Positions 49,275-64,000 of a stretch of 64,000 nt of DNA are shown here, piece by piece. The notes below the pieces were generated by a model. The model had not been told where the DNA came from. It saw only the letters and a program-made list of their open reading frames with translations, and made no database searches. Numbering within the stretch: the stretch's first letter is position 1; each line of letters begins with the position of its first letter. The position numbers were made by a program, and so were the translations under genes. Source of the stretch: the human T2T-CHM13v2.0 reference genome, Homo sapiens; the NCBI RefSeq assembly GCF_009914755.1, contig NC_060946.1; one strand, given 5' to 3'.

Positions 49275-50186
49275 CTTTGTGGTTTTATCTACTTTTGGTC
49301 TTTGATGATGGTGATGTACAGATGGGTTTTTGGTGTGGATGTCCTTTCTGTTTGTTAGTTTTCCTTCTAACAGAGAGGACCCTCAGCTGCAGGTCTGTTG
49401 GAGTACCCTGCCATGTGAGGTGTCAGTGTGCCCCTGCTGGGGGGTGCCTCCCAGTTAGGCTGCTCGGGGGTCAGGGGTCAGGGGTCAGGGACCCACTTGA
49501 GGAGGCAGTCTGCCCGTTCTCAGATCTCCAGCTGCATACTGGGAGAACAACTGCTCTCTTCAAAGCTGTCAGACAGGGACATTTAAGTCTGCAGAGGTTA
49601 CTGCTGTCTTTTTGTTTGTCTGTGCCCTGCCCCCAGAGGTGGAGCCTACAGAGGCAGGCAGGCCTCCTTGAGCTGTGGTGGGCTCCACCCAGTTCGAGCT
49701 TCCTGGCTGCTTTGTTTACCTAAGCAAGCCTGGGCAATGGCGGGGGCCCCTCCCCCAGCCTCGCTGCCGCCTTGCAGTTTGATCTCAGACTGCTGTGCTA
49801 GCAATCAGCGAGACTCCGTGGGGTAGGACCCTCCGAGCCAGGTGCAGGATATAATCTCGTGGTGTGCTGTTTTTTAAGCCCATCGGAAAAGCGCAGTATT
49901 CGGGTGGGAGTGACCCGATTTTCCAGGTGCCGTCCGTCACCCTTTCTTTGACTCAGAAAGGGAACTCCCTGACCCCTTGCACTTCCCAAGTGAGGCAATG
50001 CCTCGCCCTGCTTCGGCTCGCACAAGGTGCGCGCACCCACTGACCTGTGCCCACTGCCTGGCACTCCCTAGTGAGATGAACGCGGTACCTCAGATGTAAA
50101 TGCAGAAATCACCAGTCTTCTACGTCGCTCACACTGGGAGCTGTAGACTGGAGCTGTTCCTATTTGGCCATCTTGGCTCCTCCCCC
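49275..50186 (-). promoter_or_regulatory. L1 5' UTR: internal sense promoter (YY1 site) and antisense promoter
   Basis: CAAGATGGCC YY1 site near 50166-50175; promoter activity is known for the family but not shown for this copy. Confidence 0.7.
49737..49826 (+). pseudogene. L1 ORF0, truncated at 29 aa
   Basis: MAGAPPPASLPPCSLISDCCASNQRDSVG then TAG, from a 1-nt loss relative to the recalled consensus GGCGTAGG. Confidence 0.85.
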
Positions 50187-50473
50187 TTAATTTTTCTTTG
50201 AGTGGGATGTTGAGAAGAATAGATAAGTATATCTCTAATGTTAACTGTCTTGTAAAATTATTTGAAACTATATTTCTTATTATTAACTTCAAGAATAAAA
50301 CCACAATTACTCCCCTCTATAATGAAAACATAAGCATACTTCCCTCCTCCAAAATACTTTGTCAACTTTCTAGTATTGTTTATAGAATATGGAGTTTAAG
50401 TCCTACACTATTATTATTATTTTATTTGTTTCTATTTACCCTTTTGTGAATACTTTTACATTTGAATTTTTTT

Positions 50474-52076
50474 AAATTAATTAATTAATTTATTTATTGA
50501 TCATTCTTGGGTGTTTCTCGCAGAGGGGGATTTGGCAAGGTCATAGGACAATAGTGGAGGGAAGGTCAGCAGATAAACAAGTGAACAAAGGTCTCTGGTT
50601 TTCCTAGGCAGAGGACTCTGCGGTCTTCCGCAGTGTTTGTGTCCCTGGGTACTTAAGATTAGGGAGTGGTGATGACTCTTAACGAGCATGCTGCCTTCAA
50701 GCATCTGTTTAACAAAGCACATCTTGCACCGCCCTTAATCCATTTAACCCTGAGTGGACACAGCACATGTTTCAGAGAGCACAGGGTTGGGGGTAAGGTC
50801 ACAGATCAACAGGATCCCAAGGCAGAATAATTTTTCTTAGTACAGAACAAAACAAAAAGTCTCCCATGTCTACTTCTTTCTACACAGACACGGCAACCAT
50901 CCGATTTCTCAATCTTTTCCCCACCTTTCCCCCCTTTCTATTCCACAAAACCGCCATTGTCATCATGGCCCGTTCTTAATGATCTGTTGGGTACACCTCC
51001 CAGACGGCATGGTGGCCGGGCAGAGGGGCTCCTCACTTCCCAGTAGGGGCGGCCGGGCAGAGGCGCCCCTCACCTCCCGGACGGGGTGGCTGGCCAGGCC
51101 GGGGGGCTGACCCCCCCACCTCCCTCCCGGACCGGGCGGCTGGCCGGGAGGGGGGCTGACCCCCCCACCTCCCTCCCGGACGGGGCTGCTGGCCTGGCGG
51201 GGGCTGACCCCCACCTCCCTCCCGGACGGTGTGGCTGCCGGGCGGAGACGCTACTCACTTCTCAGATGAGGCGGCTGCCGGGCGGAGGGACTCCTGACTT
51301 CTCATACGGGGCGGTTGCCAGGCAGAGGGTCTCCTCACTTCTCAGACGGGGCGGCTGGGCAGAGACGCTCCTCACCTCCCAGACTGGGTCGCGGCCGGGC
51401 AGAGGCGCTCCTCACATCCCAGACGGGGCGTTGGGGCAGAGGCGCTCCCCACATCTCAGACGATGGGTGGCCGGGCAGAGACGCTCCTCACTTCCTAGAT
51501 GGGATGGCGGCGGGGAAGAGGCGCTCCTCACTTTGTAGATGGGATGGCGGCCGGGCAGAGACGCTCCTCACTTTCCAGACTGGGCAGCCAGGCAGAGGGG
51601 CTCCTCACATCCCAGACGATGGGCGGCCAGGCAGAGACGCTCCTCACTTCCCAGACGGGGTGGCGGCCGGGCAGAGACTGCAATCTCGGCTCTTTGGGAG
51701 GCCAAGGCAGGCGGCTGGGAGGTGGTTGTAGCGAGCCGAGATCATGCCACTGCACTCCAGCCTGGGCACCATTGAGCACTGAGTGAACGAGGCTCCGTCT
51801 GCAATCCCGGCACCTCGGGAGGCCGAGGCTGGCGGATCACTCACGGTTAGGAGCTGGAGACCAGCCCGGCCAACACAGCGAAACCCCGTCTCCACCAAAA
51901 AAATATGAAAACCAGTCAGGCGTGGCAGCGCGCGCCTGCAATCGCAGGCACTCGGCAGGCTGAGGCAGGAGAATCAGGCAGGGGCGTTGCAGTGAGCCGA
52001 GATGGCAGCAGTACAGTCCAGCTTCGGCTAGGCATCAGAGGGAGACCGTGGAAAGAGGGAGAGGGAGAGGGAGAGG
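50474..52076 (-). mobile_element. SVA retrotransposon (SVA_D-like), structurally complete
   Basis: Short (CCCTCT)n head at ~52055-52076, Alu-like domain, GC-rich VNTR ~51000-51680, SINE-R 50500-50990, AATAAA and degenerate tail; approximate TSD tgaattttttt / tgaattctttt. Confidence 0.97.
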
Positions 52077-52359
52077 TGAATTCTTTTTTATAATTACATT
52101 TTAAAAAGTCACAGTGTCAACTTGATTTTTGATTGGTTTTAATCTCACAGTACCTTTTCTGGAGTAGGGTTATACCCCACAGTAGCTGCAAATTCTGCAG
52201 AGCCCCAATTCTACTGATCAGGATGAAAAGAAAGAAGGCTACTGCCTCCACAGAAGCCCAGTAACTATGACTCGACTCTTGAATATATCTCCTATCATTT
52301 ATTGTTTTTCTACATTAGGCAATAAAATTTGTAGTAACACTGAGTTTCTAAGGCTTTTT

Positions 52360-52585
52360 GATGAAGGGCACAAGCTTTGGAGTTGGATCCTTCTAGATGC
52401 AAATCCAGCTCTGATAAAACTAGCCATGTGAACCAATTGAAAAAAATTTCCTCAAACCTCAGTTTCTTTATCTGTAAAATGATGACAGTAGTGCCTGCCT
52501 CAGAGGGTTATTGTGAAGACAGAATAGGTACTATATAGAAAGCACCTCTCACAATGTTTGGCATATAATAAATCTTTAATAAGTG
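52360..52585 (+). mobile_element. MIR SINE
   Basis: cctcagtttctttatctgtaaaatg ... tgcctcagagggttattgtgaag. Confidence 0.75.
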
Positions 52586-53339
52586 CTGACTCTTGTTATT
52601 GTAAACTGTAGTTGGAAAGCATCTCCTTTGTGAACAGATGTGTTATGTTACTGTGCAAGATACCACCCCCTTCTATGCATTGGATCAAGATCCTATCAAG
52701 AAGTTCTGCAAGATGCAGATATAATGAAGAGAATGCAAGACCCAGAATGGCAGATGCCTTGTCTGCCTGATTCACTGATATCTCCTGAGCATCCAGAACA
52801 GTATCTGACATATGGCAAATACAAAGCAAATGTCTCTGGAGTAAATAAAAAGACAATGAACTTCTCAATTAGATACAACTCTGCTTGAATCCTGGCTCAA
52901 CCATTTTCTAGCTGTGTAACTTCAGGCAAGTCACATAACTTCTCTGGTGTCTTAGATTTCTTAGCTATAAAGTGAGAAATTACAACACTTTCTAGCTCAC
53001 AGAATTAGTCACATACCATAACACATGTTAAAATTCTTCACAAACTCTATCAAGATTCAAATGTCAATGTGACTGCTGTTGTGGCCACATAAAAAAACTA
53101 AAACATCCTTCTAAAAAAGTGGTTCTTCTCCCTGCTTTTGGCCTACCTTTCTCTCCTCATGAGCCTTTAGGACCAGAAGTACTGTTTGGGAACACTCCAA
53201 GTCCCATTCTGACGTCCTCTCCCCTACCTTCTCATCTAAGCCAAGCTGTCATCTCCGGCTTCACCTTTTCCTTGCCTCTGGAAACCTGGGCTTGGGGTCT
53301 GACATGCTGTGCCTGATGTTTAAATTTTATATGACTCTG

Positions 53340-53678
53340 TTTTTTTTGTTTTGTTTTGTTTTGTTTTGTTTTGTTTTGTTTTGTTTTGTTTGTTTGAGAT
53401 GGAGTCTAGCTCTGTTGCCCAGGCTGGAATGCAGTGGCATGATCTCGGCTCACTTGTAACCTCCGCCTCCTGGGTTTAAGTGATTCTCGTGCCTCAGCCT
53501 TCTGAGTAGCTGGGATTACAGGCACCCACCACCATGCCCAGCTATTTTTTGTATTTTTAGTAGAGACGGGGTTTTGCCATGTTGGTCAGGCTGGTCTTGA
53601 ACTCCTGACCTGAGGTGATCCGCCTGCCTCAGCCTCCCAAAATACTGGGATTACAGGTGTGAGCCACCGTGCCCAGCC
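53340..53678 (-). mobile_element. Alu (AluSx/Sz-like) with (TTTTG)n tail
   Basis: TSD tgactctgtttt / tgactctggttt. Confidence 0.97.
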
Positions 53679-54279
53679 TGACTCTGGTTTTATATGACTC
53701 TCTGGTTCTCAGTACCCTTGACTGTCATTTAGGAATTCTTCACTCACTCTGATTCCTGCCCTGTGGCACCTAGCACCCATTCTTGACCCCCTAAGTCTCT
53801 ACAGACTCCACTCTTCCCATACACGCATGGATAGGGTGGATCAAAAGAGTGATTTCCATTAAGCTATATTCCTAAAATCCAGACTTATGTGGAGATGAAA
53901 ATTCCCTATTTGTATCAAAAAGGATTTTGGGCAAAGGAAAAACAGTGAGGACCCCTGTGATTTTTATTTCACTGGGCAATTACCAAATACAGCAGACAAC
54001 AAAATAAGACATAGGCAAGTGCTTGGTAGAGTATGCTGGAGGGAAAACAGTAACTCTTTGTGCATGTTGTAATGGGATGAATTAGTGACAGACTCCCAAG
54101 GGGGAGTTCAGAGTCATCCTGGAAAGTTCAGCAAAGACATCTGCTAAGTTGAAGACATCTGCTCAATAAAGTCACCACAGTGGGAGTGCAAAAGAGAAGA
54201 AAGCGTTGGAATGAATTTAAATAAAAAGCAGCTGAGAAAAATTAGTACAGTGTTGAGCATCTTATTAAATGCTGCTAGG

Positions 54280-54367
54280 TGGCACATGTATACATATGTA
54301 ACACATCTGCACGTTGTGCACATGTACCCTAAAACTTAAGGTATGTTAAAAAAATAAAGTAAATAAA
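54280..54367 (+). mobile_element. Extremely 5'-truncated L1PA (3' tip only)
   Basis: tggcacatgtatacatatgtaac...gtaccctaaaacttaa plus A tail; perfect 14-bp TSD taaatgctgctagg. Confidence 0.95.
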
Positions 54368-54671
54368 TAAATGCTGCTAGGGCCCCTAATTCTATAGGCT
54401 CCGTGTAGATGTTGCATATGCTTTACTTGGCTCAAAGCCACAACTTAAAAGCAAAGGCCCAGTAGAAATCAATCTATCCATAAACATCTGTGTGTCTTCA
54501 GTGTGTACCCAGCTCTGTGTTAGGTCCTTTGACAGTTATGTGGTAATCATTTCTGTCTGAGAATTGAAATTATTTGCGAAGTATTAGAAATAAAATGCAG
54601 CAGTGATAGCAAAGAACTAGGCCCATAGCAAGCATGTGACGAATATTGCCAGAGTAATTAGTAATATCGAT

Positions 54672-55115
54672 ATTTAACAAATATTTCTTGAGCATCTATC
54701 ATGTGCCAGGCCTGTTCTAGACACCGAAGACACAGAAATGAACAAGACATCCACGTACCCATCCTTATGGAGTTTATATTTAAAGAGGCTGAGATAGAGA
54801 AGACAGAAAGTGCTAATGCAGGATGAGAGGATGGAGAGTAGGTATATAGCTAAAGGTGACCTCTGCAACCACTTTGCAGTGGCGTCATTTGAGCAGGAAA
54901 CTGCATGAAGTGATAGAGCCATGTAACAGTCTGAAGAAGTGTCCCTGGGAGAGGGGACACAGAATAAGGCAGCACAAGCTTGGGTGCATGGCCACAGCAT
55001 GGAGCAAGTGTGGCTACCACAGAGTGTGCTGGAGGGGAATGCTGGGTGCTGAGACCGGACAGGAAGCCAGGGCCTGACTTGTAGAGCTCTTACTAACTCA
55101 TGGTAAGAAATTTGG
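54672..55115 (-). mobile_element. L2 3' fragment
   Basis: aacaaatatttcttgagcatctatcatgtgccaggcctgttctag ... catttgagcagg. Confidence 0.8.
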
Positions 55116-56084
55116 GAGTTTGGAAAAAGGAACACAGGTGAGCATGTTCACATGTAACTGGATTTTAGCCAACAGTTTCTCTGTGATCTCAGTATTTGAC
55201 TAAAGGCCCAATGTCAAAAACAACAGGATCAAAGTATGCCAACCTTCTAGAAACTGCCAAATTTCCTCTCACAGATTTTGCTAAAAGATAGAAAACCTGA
55301 TCCTTCAGTCTTTACCTTTGTCATCCCAACCAGACCATGGAAGAGAAAACTAAACATTTGGGAAAACTGTTGGCCTCATGCAGCATATGTCTGCATTTTC
55401 TCTACCCTCATCATTAAAAGAGATTACTCCTACTTCGAGGAAAGTGAGAGGATTTCTGAGAGAACTCCACTGAGATGTTGGATGTGAGTCCAGGAAGGGA
55501 ACTGACATCTTTCTCTCCAGTTGGGACACTTAGCTGATCTGAAGGCATTAGAACTGTCATCCCAAAGCTGCCATGAGGGTAGAGATAGCAGGAGGGCCCT
55601 GGAGGACTCTGGAGACTCCTGGGGTATATATACACAGAGAGTAACCAATTCTCACCTAAGATTTCTGAAAGTGAATTGGTGACTTGATCCATACTGAAAA
55701 AAATGGAAAGAAGGAACTAAGAATGTAAATGGACTCAAAAGATGAGCCATCTACAAATGTGGGCACTCTCACTAACCCATCCCAGGGCTGGCCAATTGTC
55801 ACATACACTTGTAAACCGCCCCCATCTAGTGACAGGATGGCAGAAGGCTGAGACAACTTATGTAAGAGTGGGACCATGGGGGAGAATATTGCTCCCTCCC
55901 TAGGGTGGAAGTAAATAGGACTTGTTTAAAATTTTCTTATGGAATAGCTAACCAGGGTCACTCACCACTCTTACATTTATGAGGCTTATAAAAATATTTT
56001 ATGACTCAACCTTCAAGGTGGCAATTGTACATCAGAGTTGTCATGTACCCCAGAACAACAACAAAAAATAACAAAATCAGGTGA

Positions 56085-57960
<1,876 letters not shown>

Positions 57961-58239
57961 AAAAATATATATAACAAAGCAAAAAAAAAAGATAAACAAA
58001 AATTCCACCCAGAGCCATGCAGTGAAACCACAGTGGAAGGACAAGAAGAGGTCATGGAGGATGTTAAAAGATACAAAACTGTGGTCAGAAATTCGCTAAT
58101 ATGTAAGGAGGGACTTCAGGGGACAAATAAGTACCCTGAGACTTCAAAATCCCATCTGGTTGATTGAGAAAAATGGATTAGAGAGGGGTAAGAAAGGAAG
58201 AGGAGACATCATAATAGTTTCAAATGAGACAGTAATTTT

Positions 58240-59218
58240 TTTCTTCTGTTTCCTTTTTTAAAATTTTGTATTCCATATGTTTAAGATGTACAACATGATG
58301 TTTTGAAATATGCATATATGGTGAAATGATTAGTACAGTTAAGCAAATTAATCGATCTACCTGTCACTTTCCACAGTTACCTTGTGTGAGTGTGATCGTG
58401 TGTGTGTGTGAGTGTGTATGTGATAAGAGCACCTAAAATCTACTTTCTTAGCACGCTTTCAGTACATTATGCAATATTATTAACTACAGTTCTCATGCTG
58501 TGCATTAGGTCTCTGGACTTTCTCATCATACATAACTGCAAGTTTGTACCCTTTAACCTACTTCTCTCCATTTCCCTTTCTCCCCACTCTTGATAATTAC
58601 CATCCCATTCTTTGTGTCTACTTTTTCATGAGATTCCACATATATGTGAGATCATGCAGTATTCTCCCTTCTGTATCTTATTCCATTTAGTCTAATGTCC
58701 TCTAGCTTCATCCATGCTTGTGACAAATGGCAGCGTCTCCTTCTTTTCTAAGGTTGAATAATATTCCATTACATATATGTGTATATCACATTATAAAATT
58801 TATTCATCTGTTGATGGATACTTTGGTTGTTTCGATGTTTTGGCTATTGTGAAAAATGTTGCAATGAACATGGGAGGGCAGAGATCTTTACAAGGTGCTG
58901 ATTTCATTTTCTTTGGGTATATACCCAGCAGAAGGATTTTTGGCTCGTATGGTAGCTCTATTGTTAATTTTTTGAGGAACCTCTATACTATTTTCCATAA
59001 TGGATGTACCAATTTACTTTCCCACTGACAGTGTACAAGAGTTCCCTTTTCTTCACACCCTCACAACACTTGCTACCTCTTGTCTTTCTGAGAATAGCCA
59101 TTTTAACAGGTGTGAGCTGCTAGCTTATTGTGGATTTAATTTACACTTTTCTCATGAGTAGTGATGTTGAGCACCTTTTCACATACCTGTTGGCTATTTG
59201 TATGTCTTCTTTGGAAAA
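58240..59218 (-). mobile_element. L1MA-like 3' fragment inserted in an L2
   Basis: gtacaacatgatgttttg ... agattccacatatatgtgagatcatgcag ... tgatgttgagcacc; approximate TSD aaatgagacagtaatt / aaatgagacactgtaatt. Confidence 0.88.
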
Positions 59219-59224
59219 ATGAGA

Positions 59225-59600
59225 CACTGTAATTATTAAGCTAGTGGATAGCAGTGGATGTAGGAGAAAAAAGAAAGAATTTAGACGTGTCTGGGAGGTG
59301 GAATTAACAGGACTGGCGATTTCTGATTGAGCAGCAGGGTGAAGAGGCAAAGGTCTAGGATTTTCTCAGATTTTTGGCTGAACAAATAGATGAGTAGGGA
59401 GTAGCGCCATTGACTGACATGAAGACCGGGACATATGCTTGTTTGGGAGGAAGATCATGGGTTGTCTCTTGAATCTGTTTAGATCAATGTGCCTCTAAGA
59501 CTTTTGGAAAGAGATGTTGAAAAGATAGTTAACTATGCAGGTCAGAAGCCCAGCCAGGGGCCTGAGCTGAGACACATAGGTCTGTGGGACTCTAACATAC
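59225..59600 (-). mobile_element. L2 fragment
   Basis: ggaggtggaattaacaggactgg ... gccattgactgacatgaag ... gagatgttgaaaagatagtt. Confidence 0.65.
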
Positions 59601-61029
59601 AAGTTTAATTCTTAGGTACATGGGTTCCTAGGTCCTAAACTAGTAATGGCGGCTGATCTTTCTGAGCTCTGAGTATGTTCCAAACACTATGAAGGATAGT
59701 TTATCCTAATTGCCTAATTTAATATTCAACTCATATCTGTGAGGTACCTGCTATTAGTACCACCACTTTAAAGATAATAGAACTGAAGTTGAATGACTTC
59801 TCCCATCCCATTCACCTGGTAAATGACAAAGACCCAACTCACAATCTAGTCCAAGTTTTCCAGCCTTCACACTTTTAAACCCTATGTTTTCAAGTATCCG
59901 TATTTCAAGTGTTCAAGTATTCATCATGTTTTCAAGTGTTGCAACTCAACCATCTTAGATGGGTGTGCATACCTGTCTAACCTGCCCATCCACCCAGAGG
60001 TCTCAGCCATTATCAAAATTTTCTTTAAGAGGAAATATCTGATACTGCTTTGTTACTGAATTCTTTGTATGTTTCTTTAATTTCTATATTACTGTAGTAA
60101 CTCGAAAATGTGATCAGTTAGTTTTCAAGTCTCATTAGTCAAAGTAATATTTGTACTGCAAGCAACCTGAAATGTTGGCAACTGCAATGCAAAGGGGTTT
60201 AGAAGAATTAGTAACAAAAATTACTGTCGGAGAGAAAATTAAATAGATTGTTTCACTTGGAAAAAGAAAAACAACCTTCAATTTGCAAAATAACAAGTTT
60301 TTTTCTTAAAAAAAAAAAAACAAAAAAAAAGATTCCCTGGATGAAATCAGCCTAGCATGGGAAGCCCAAATCAAGAGACGCAGTGGCTGTGGCACCATAG
60401 GCTTTCACTTCTCTCTAGATCTCAGTTATTCCATCTCTCAAAGGAGATTAGGAGCATCTGCCCTAATTATCTCATGAACTATGATGAGATATGGGTAAGA
60501 TAATATCAGGAAAGCTTTATGAAGTATAAAAAGTGCTAGATTAGTACAAGAGTTCATTTAAATAATGATTATGCCTTATAGAGAGACAAGCCACAGTGAT
60601 TCACAGACTATGTTTCTGGGCCGGATTGCAGCCAGACTCACAGAGAGTGCAGAAGGAGTTGATCTCAGTGATTACCAGGACAAAGACCCTCAGTTGACAA
60701 ATGGGGAAAATGGGGCAAGAGAGGATAGGAGACTCACCCATGGTTGGTGACAGAGCTGAGATGAACAGCTACATTTCTCACTCTGGTCTGTTGGTTTCTG
60801 CCTCTTTCCCTTAACTAAAAGATCTCTTGGCCATTTCCTGGGTCATTACCATCTCCTGCCAGAAAGGGATCTGACACAATCAAAGGAGAATAACCCAATT
60901 ACCAGTTTGAGTCTTAGATAAATGGCTATCACTAGGAAGAAAAACATGCTCACCTGAAGCTTACAGAGGATTAGTGGCTCCACATTACCAAGAGGATAGG
61001 TCAGATAACAAAAGCACCAATAACAACAG

Positions 61030-61272
61030 TAGCAGTTCATATTCACTAACTGCTCAACATGTGCCTCCATCTGAGCTGAGCATTTTACCTGCACATGTAT
61101 CTCATTTTATCTTCATGACAGCCTTGTGAGGTGAGTGCTGTCATTGACTCTATAGATGGGAAAATGAGGCTTAGCAATGTTAAGGAGTTTGCACCAGGCC
61201 ACCGGCTATAGGTGGCAAAAGCAGGGCTTCACTCCAGCCAATGTGACTCTTAGTTTCCAGATTTTAACCACT
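61030..61272 (-). mobile_element. MIR SINE
   Basis: atctcattttatcttcatgacagccttgtgagg ... tatagatgggaaaatgaggcttag. Confidence 0.75.
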
Positions 61273-61420
61273 GGACACATTACATTCCACTAAATCCCAC
61301 TGTCTGCACCTGCCATTCTAGGCTCCTCACAACCTAATCCATTTAGCTTCCTCTCTTGCCTTAAATCTAGAGACAATCTTGGGTCTAACCTCTCTCCTCA
61401 CACTATAGGGATAACTCTGA

Positions 61421-61757
<337 letters not shown>

Positions 61758-62049
61758 TTAACTCTTCTTTTAAGACACCCCTGAAGTTTCACCTCAAGCA
61801 GATCTTCCTAGTCACTCACCAGCTTCTCTTTCTCCTCTGATACCCTCTTACGTTTATCCTCCATACCTTCCAGGTGACCCCTGCAGGGATTAGCCTTCTG
61901 ATCACTCTTATTTTTTTGTTTATTGTGTAGATCTTTAGGAGTATTCATTCTATATTCTCAACCATGTTAGAATATCCCCAAGGGCAATGTTAATGGTTGC
62001 TTCCTCTGCAGTGTCTGGCACATAGCTAGGTAGTCAACAATTATGTTTA

Positions 62050-62295
62050 AAATGAGCAAACAATAAGAATAGAAGAAAGAGAAACTTCCAGCTAAATGGG
62101 TGGATAACTTTGCCCATTGACAGCTTTTTTTAACATTGGGAAGAGTATCTTTGAGAGGCCAGCATAGAGGGATCACTGGAGGTGTTCACACAAAGGCTAA
62201 CCCCAGAATAGCTTAGGTGGGATTCTTGATTTGGGGAAGTTGGTGAAATGAGCCCTAAAGATCCCTTCTAGCTCAAGGAGTTTATGATCCCATAA
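62050..62295 (+). mobile_element. L3/CR1 3' end
   Basis: atcactggaggtgttcacacaaaggct ... ccctaaagatcccttctagctcaaggagtttatgat. Confidence 0.65.
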
Positions 62296-64000
62296 CTGAA
62301 TGTGTGAGTGAACGAATGAATGAATTTGCCGATGTCAGACTTTCATGCTTGCACTCTCCCCCACAGCAATTGAGACATGATGTTCTGCATAACTCAGTCT
62401 TTTATCTGAAAAACACTGACGTGAAGTAAGTGGAAAGAAGATCTTATTTCCTCTATTTTCCAGATGAGGAAACAGAATTATTGAAGTAAAAATAATTTGC
62501 CTGAAGCAGCAGTTGGGCACACACCAGAGCCAGCCTTTGGGATCCTGGGCTGGTTCAGTCTTTGCTTTGAAAGCCCCAGACAGCTCAACATGCGCCCCCC
62601 CACCGCCCCCCACATCTGCTTTCCTTCTTTGAGGCAGAGAGAGAAAGCTGGAAGAAATTGTATAGAAACCTCAGCTTCTCCCTGTTCTGTGCCTTCAGCC
62701 AAACAACCATTTGGGTTTTACCTCTTGAGAATTTATCAGACTGGTTGTGTCCTCTCCGTAAACATCGCCACTGCCTTAATGTTCTGCTATATAAAAGAAG
62801 CTTCTGGAATTAGGCAAACTAGATTCATTTCCCAGCCCCAGTTCCCTGGATATGTTACTTTACTTGTCTCAGTCTCAGAGTGAGACCCATAATCAGAGCC
62901 TATCCCATAGGGTTGTGATAAGAACAAAATGAAGTTATGTAGAAACGAGTGAATAGAGGGAGCTTAGAACAATTCCTGGCACACAGGACAGATTCAATAT
63001 GTGTTAAATATTGTATATTTACTGGAGAGGGAGAAGGGTGCTTTTTTATAACCACATACTTTAGCAAGTTGCATAACCACTCTACGACTCAGTTTCTGTA
63101 CCTATAAAAAAGAGATAATGGTAATAGTAGCAACTACATCCCAAATATTTTTGTGAGGAATAAACATGCTAATGTATAAGTAGAACACAAAGAAATTGCC
63201 TTGCAAATTTCAAATAGTATTGATATTGTTATTTTTCCTGAGTGACAACTATGGGGACATGTCCTCTTGCATGTCTACATGGTATACATTCTACTCTTCA
63301 GAGTTATCTCTTCAATCAAATCATCCCATATAGACCACAACATCTATCTTTGTTCAGCACAATTTTTTATTCATGTTTTTATTCCCTCCAAAATCATGCC
63401 CATTTTCTTGCAAGAATTTTCCACACTCTAATTTTGCCCTTACCAGACACAATGGTGTTTATCATGTCTGTGAAACACCTCAAACATGTCTGGAGACAAA
63501 CAACTCAGTGGTAGTCGAACCTAGGATGACTCCCAAGAGGCAGACTGAGGTGCTGACCTTGGTCCTGAAATAAGATTTGGTCATATCTGGGAAAGGCAGA
63601 AGTTGGTAAGTAGAGGGCTTCCTAAGTGGCCCTCATGCTGCATATTGTGATGTCTTTGGGGGCTGCTTGCTAAAAGATCCCACCTACTCCATCATTTTAC
63701 TACTTGTGTCTACCTCAGTCTCTGTAATACGTGCTCACTAAAAGTTGATTAATTTACACTCATAGATTAAAGCTTCTTCATTTAATAGATCTGGACAGAA
63801 ACTTTCACATAAGAAGGATAAGCAGCACATTCCAGATGATGCATTAAATCTGTTCAGTCCCTTTCCATTCTTCAAGGGTTACTTCAAACACTAACTCTTC
63901 CATGAAGTCTTCCTAGATTTACCCCCAAAATGAAATAAATCTATTTTCCCCCGAACTCCCTGAACTCCTTTCATGAAATAAATGGAAGCACTAAAATAAG

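Noticed and set aside
49277-49723. 148-aa antisense ORF in the L1 5' UTR
   Set aside because: Common open frame in L1PA UTRs, non-ATG start, and not ORF0
50963-52093. Overlapping GC-rich ORFs and apparent CpG island
   Set aside because: Explained by the SVA VNTR and Alu-like domain

Overview
Hominid (great-ape/human-type) non-coding genomic DNA dominated by transposable elements. I find no supportable host protein-coding gene, RNA gene or CRISPR array, and no new biological system that I can support. Main content: 17 Alu copies; a full-length but disabled L1PA2-like LINE-1 (44148-50186, minus); an SVA (50474-52076, minus) about 290 bp upstream of that L1 in the same orientation; a near-complete Tigger3/GOLEM DNA transposon (24771-~30322) carrying four nested insertions, one a Ricksha-type Mutator (MULE) element with transposase remnants; two oppositely oriented ERV-L-class internal regions; and many MaLR/ERVL LTRs, hAT MITEs, MIR, L2, L3 and old L1M fragments. 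The structures least explained by routine annotation are a decayed 46-bp inverted repeat around a (CA)n tract (14816-15027), a diverged ~240-bp direct duplication ending at the L1 target site, and a perfect 39-bp tandem duplication. Subfamily names come from recalled consensus sequences, not from a search, and boundaries of old elements are approximate.
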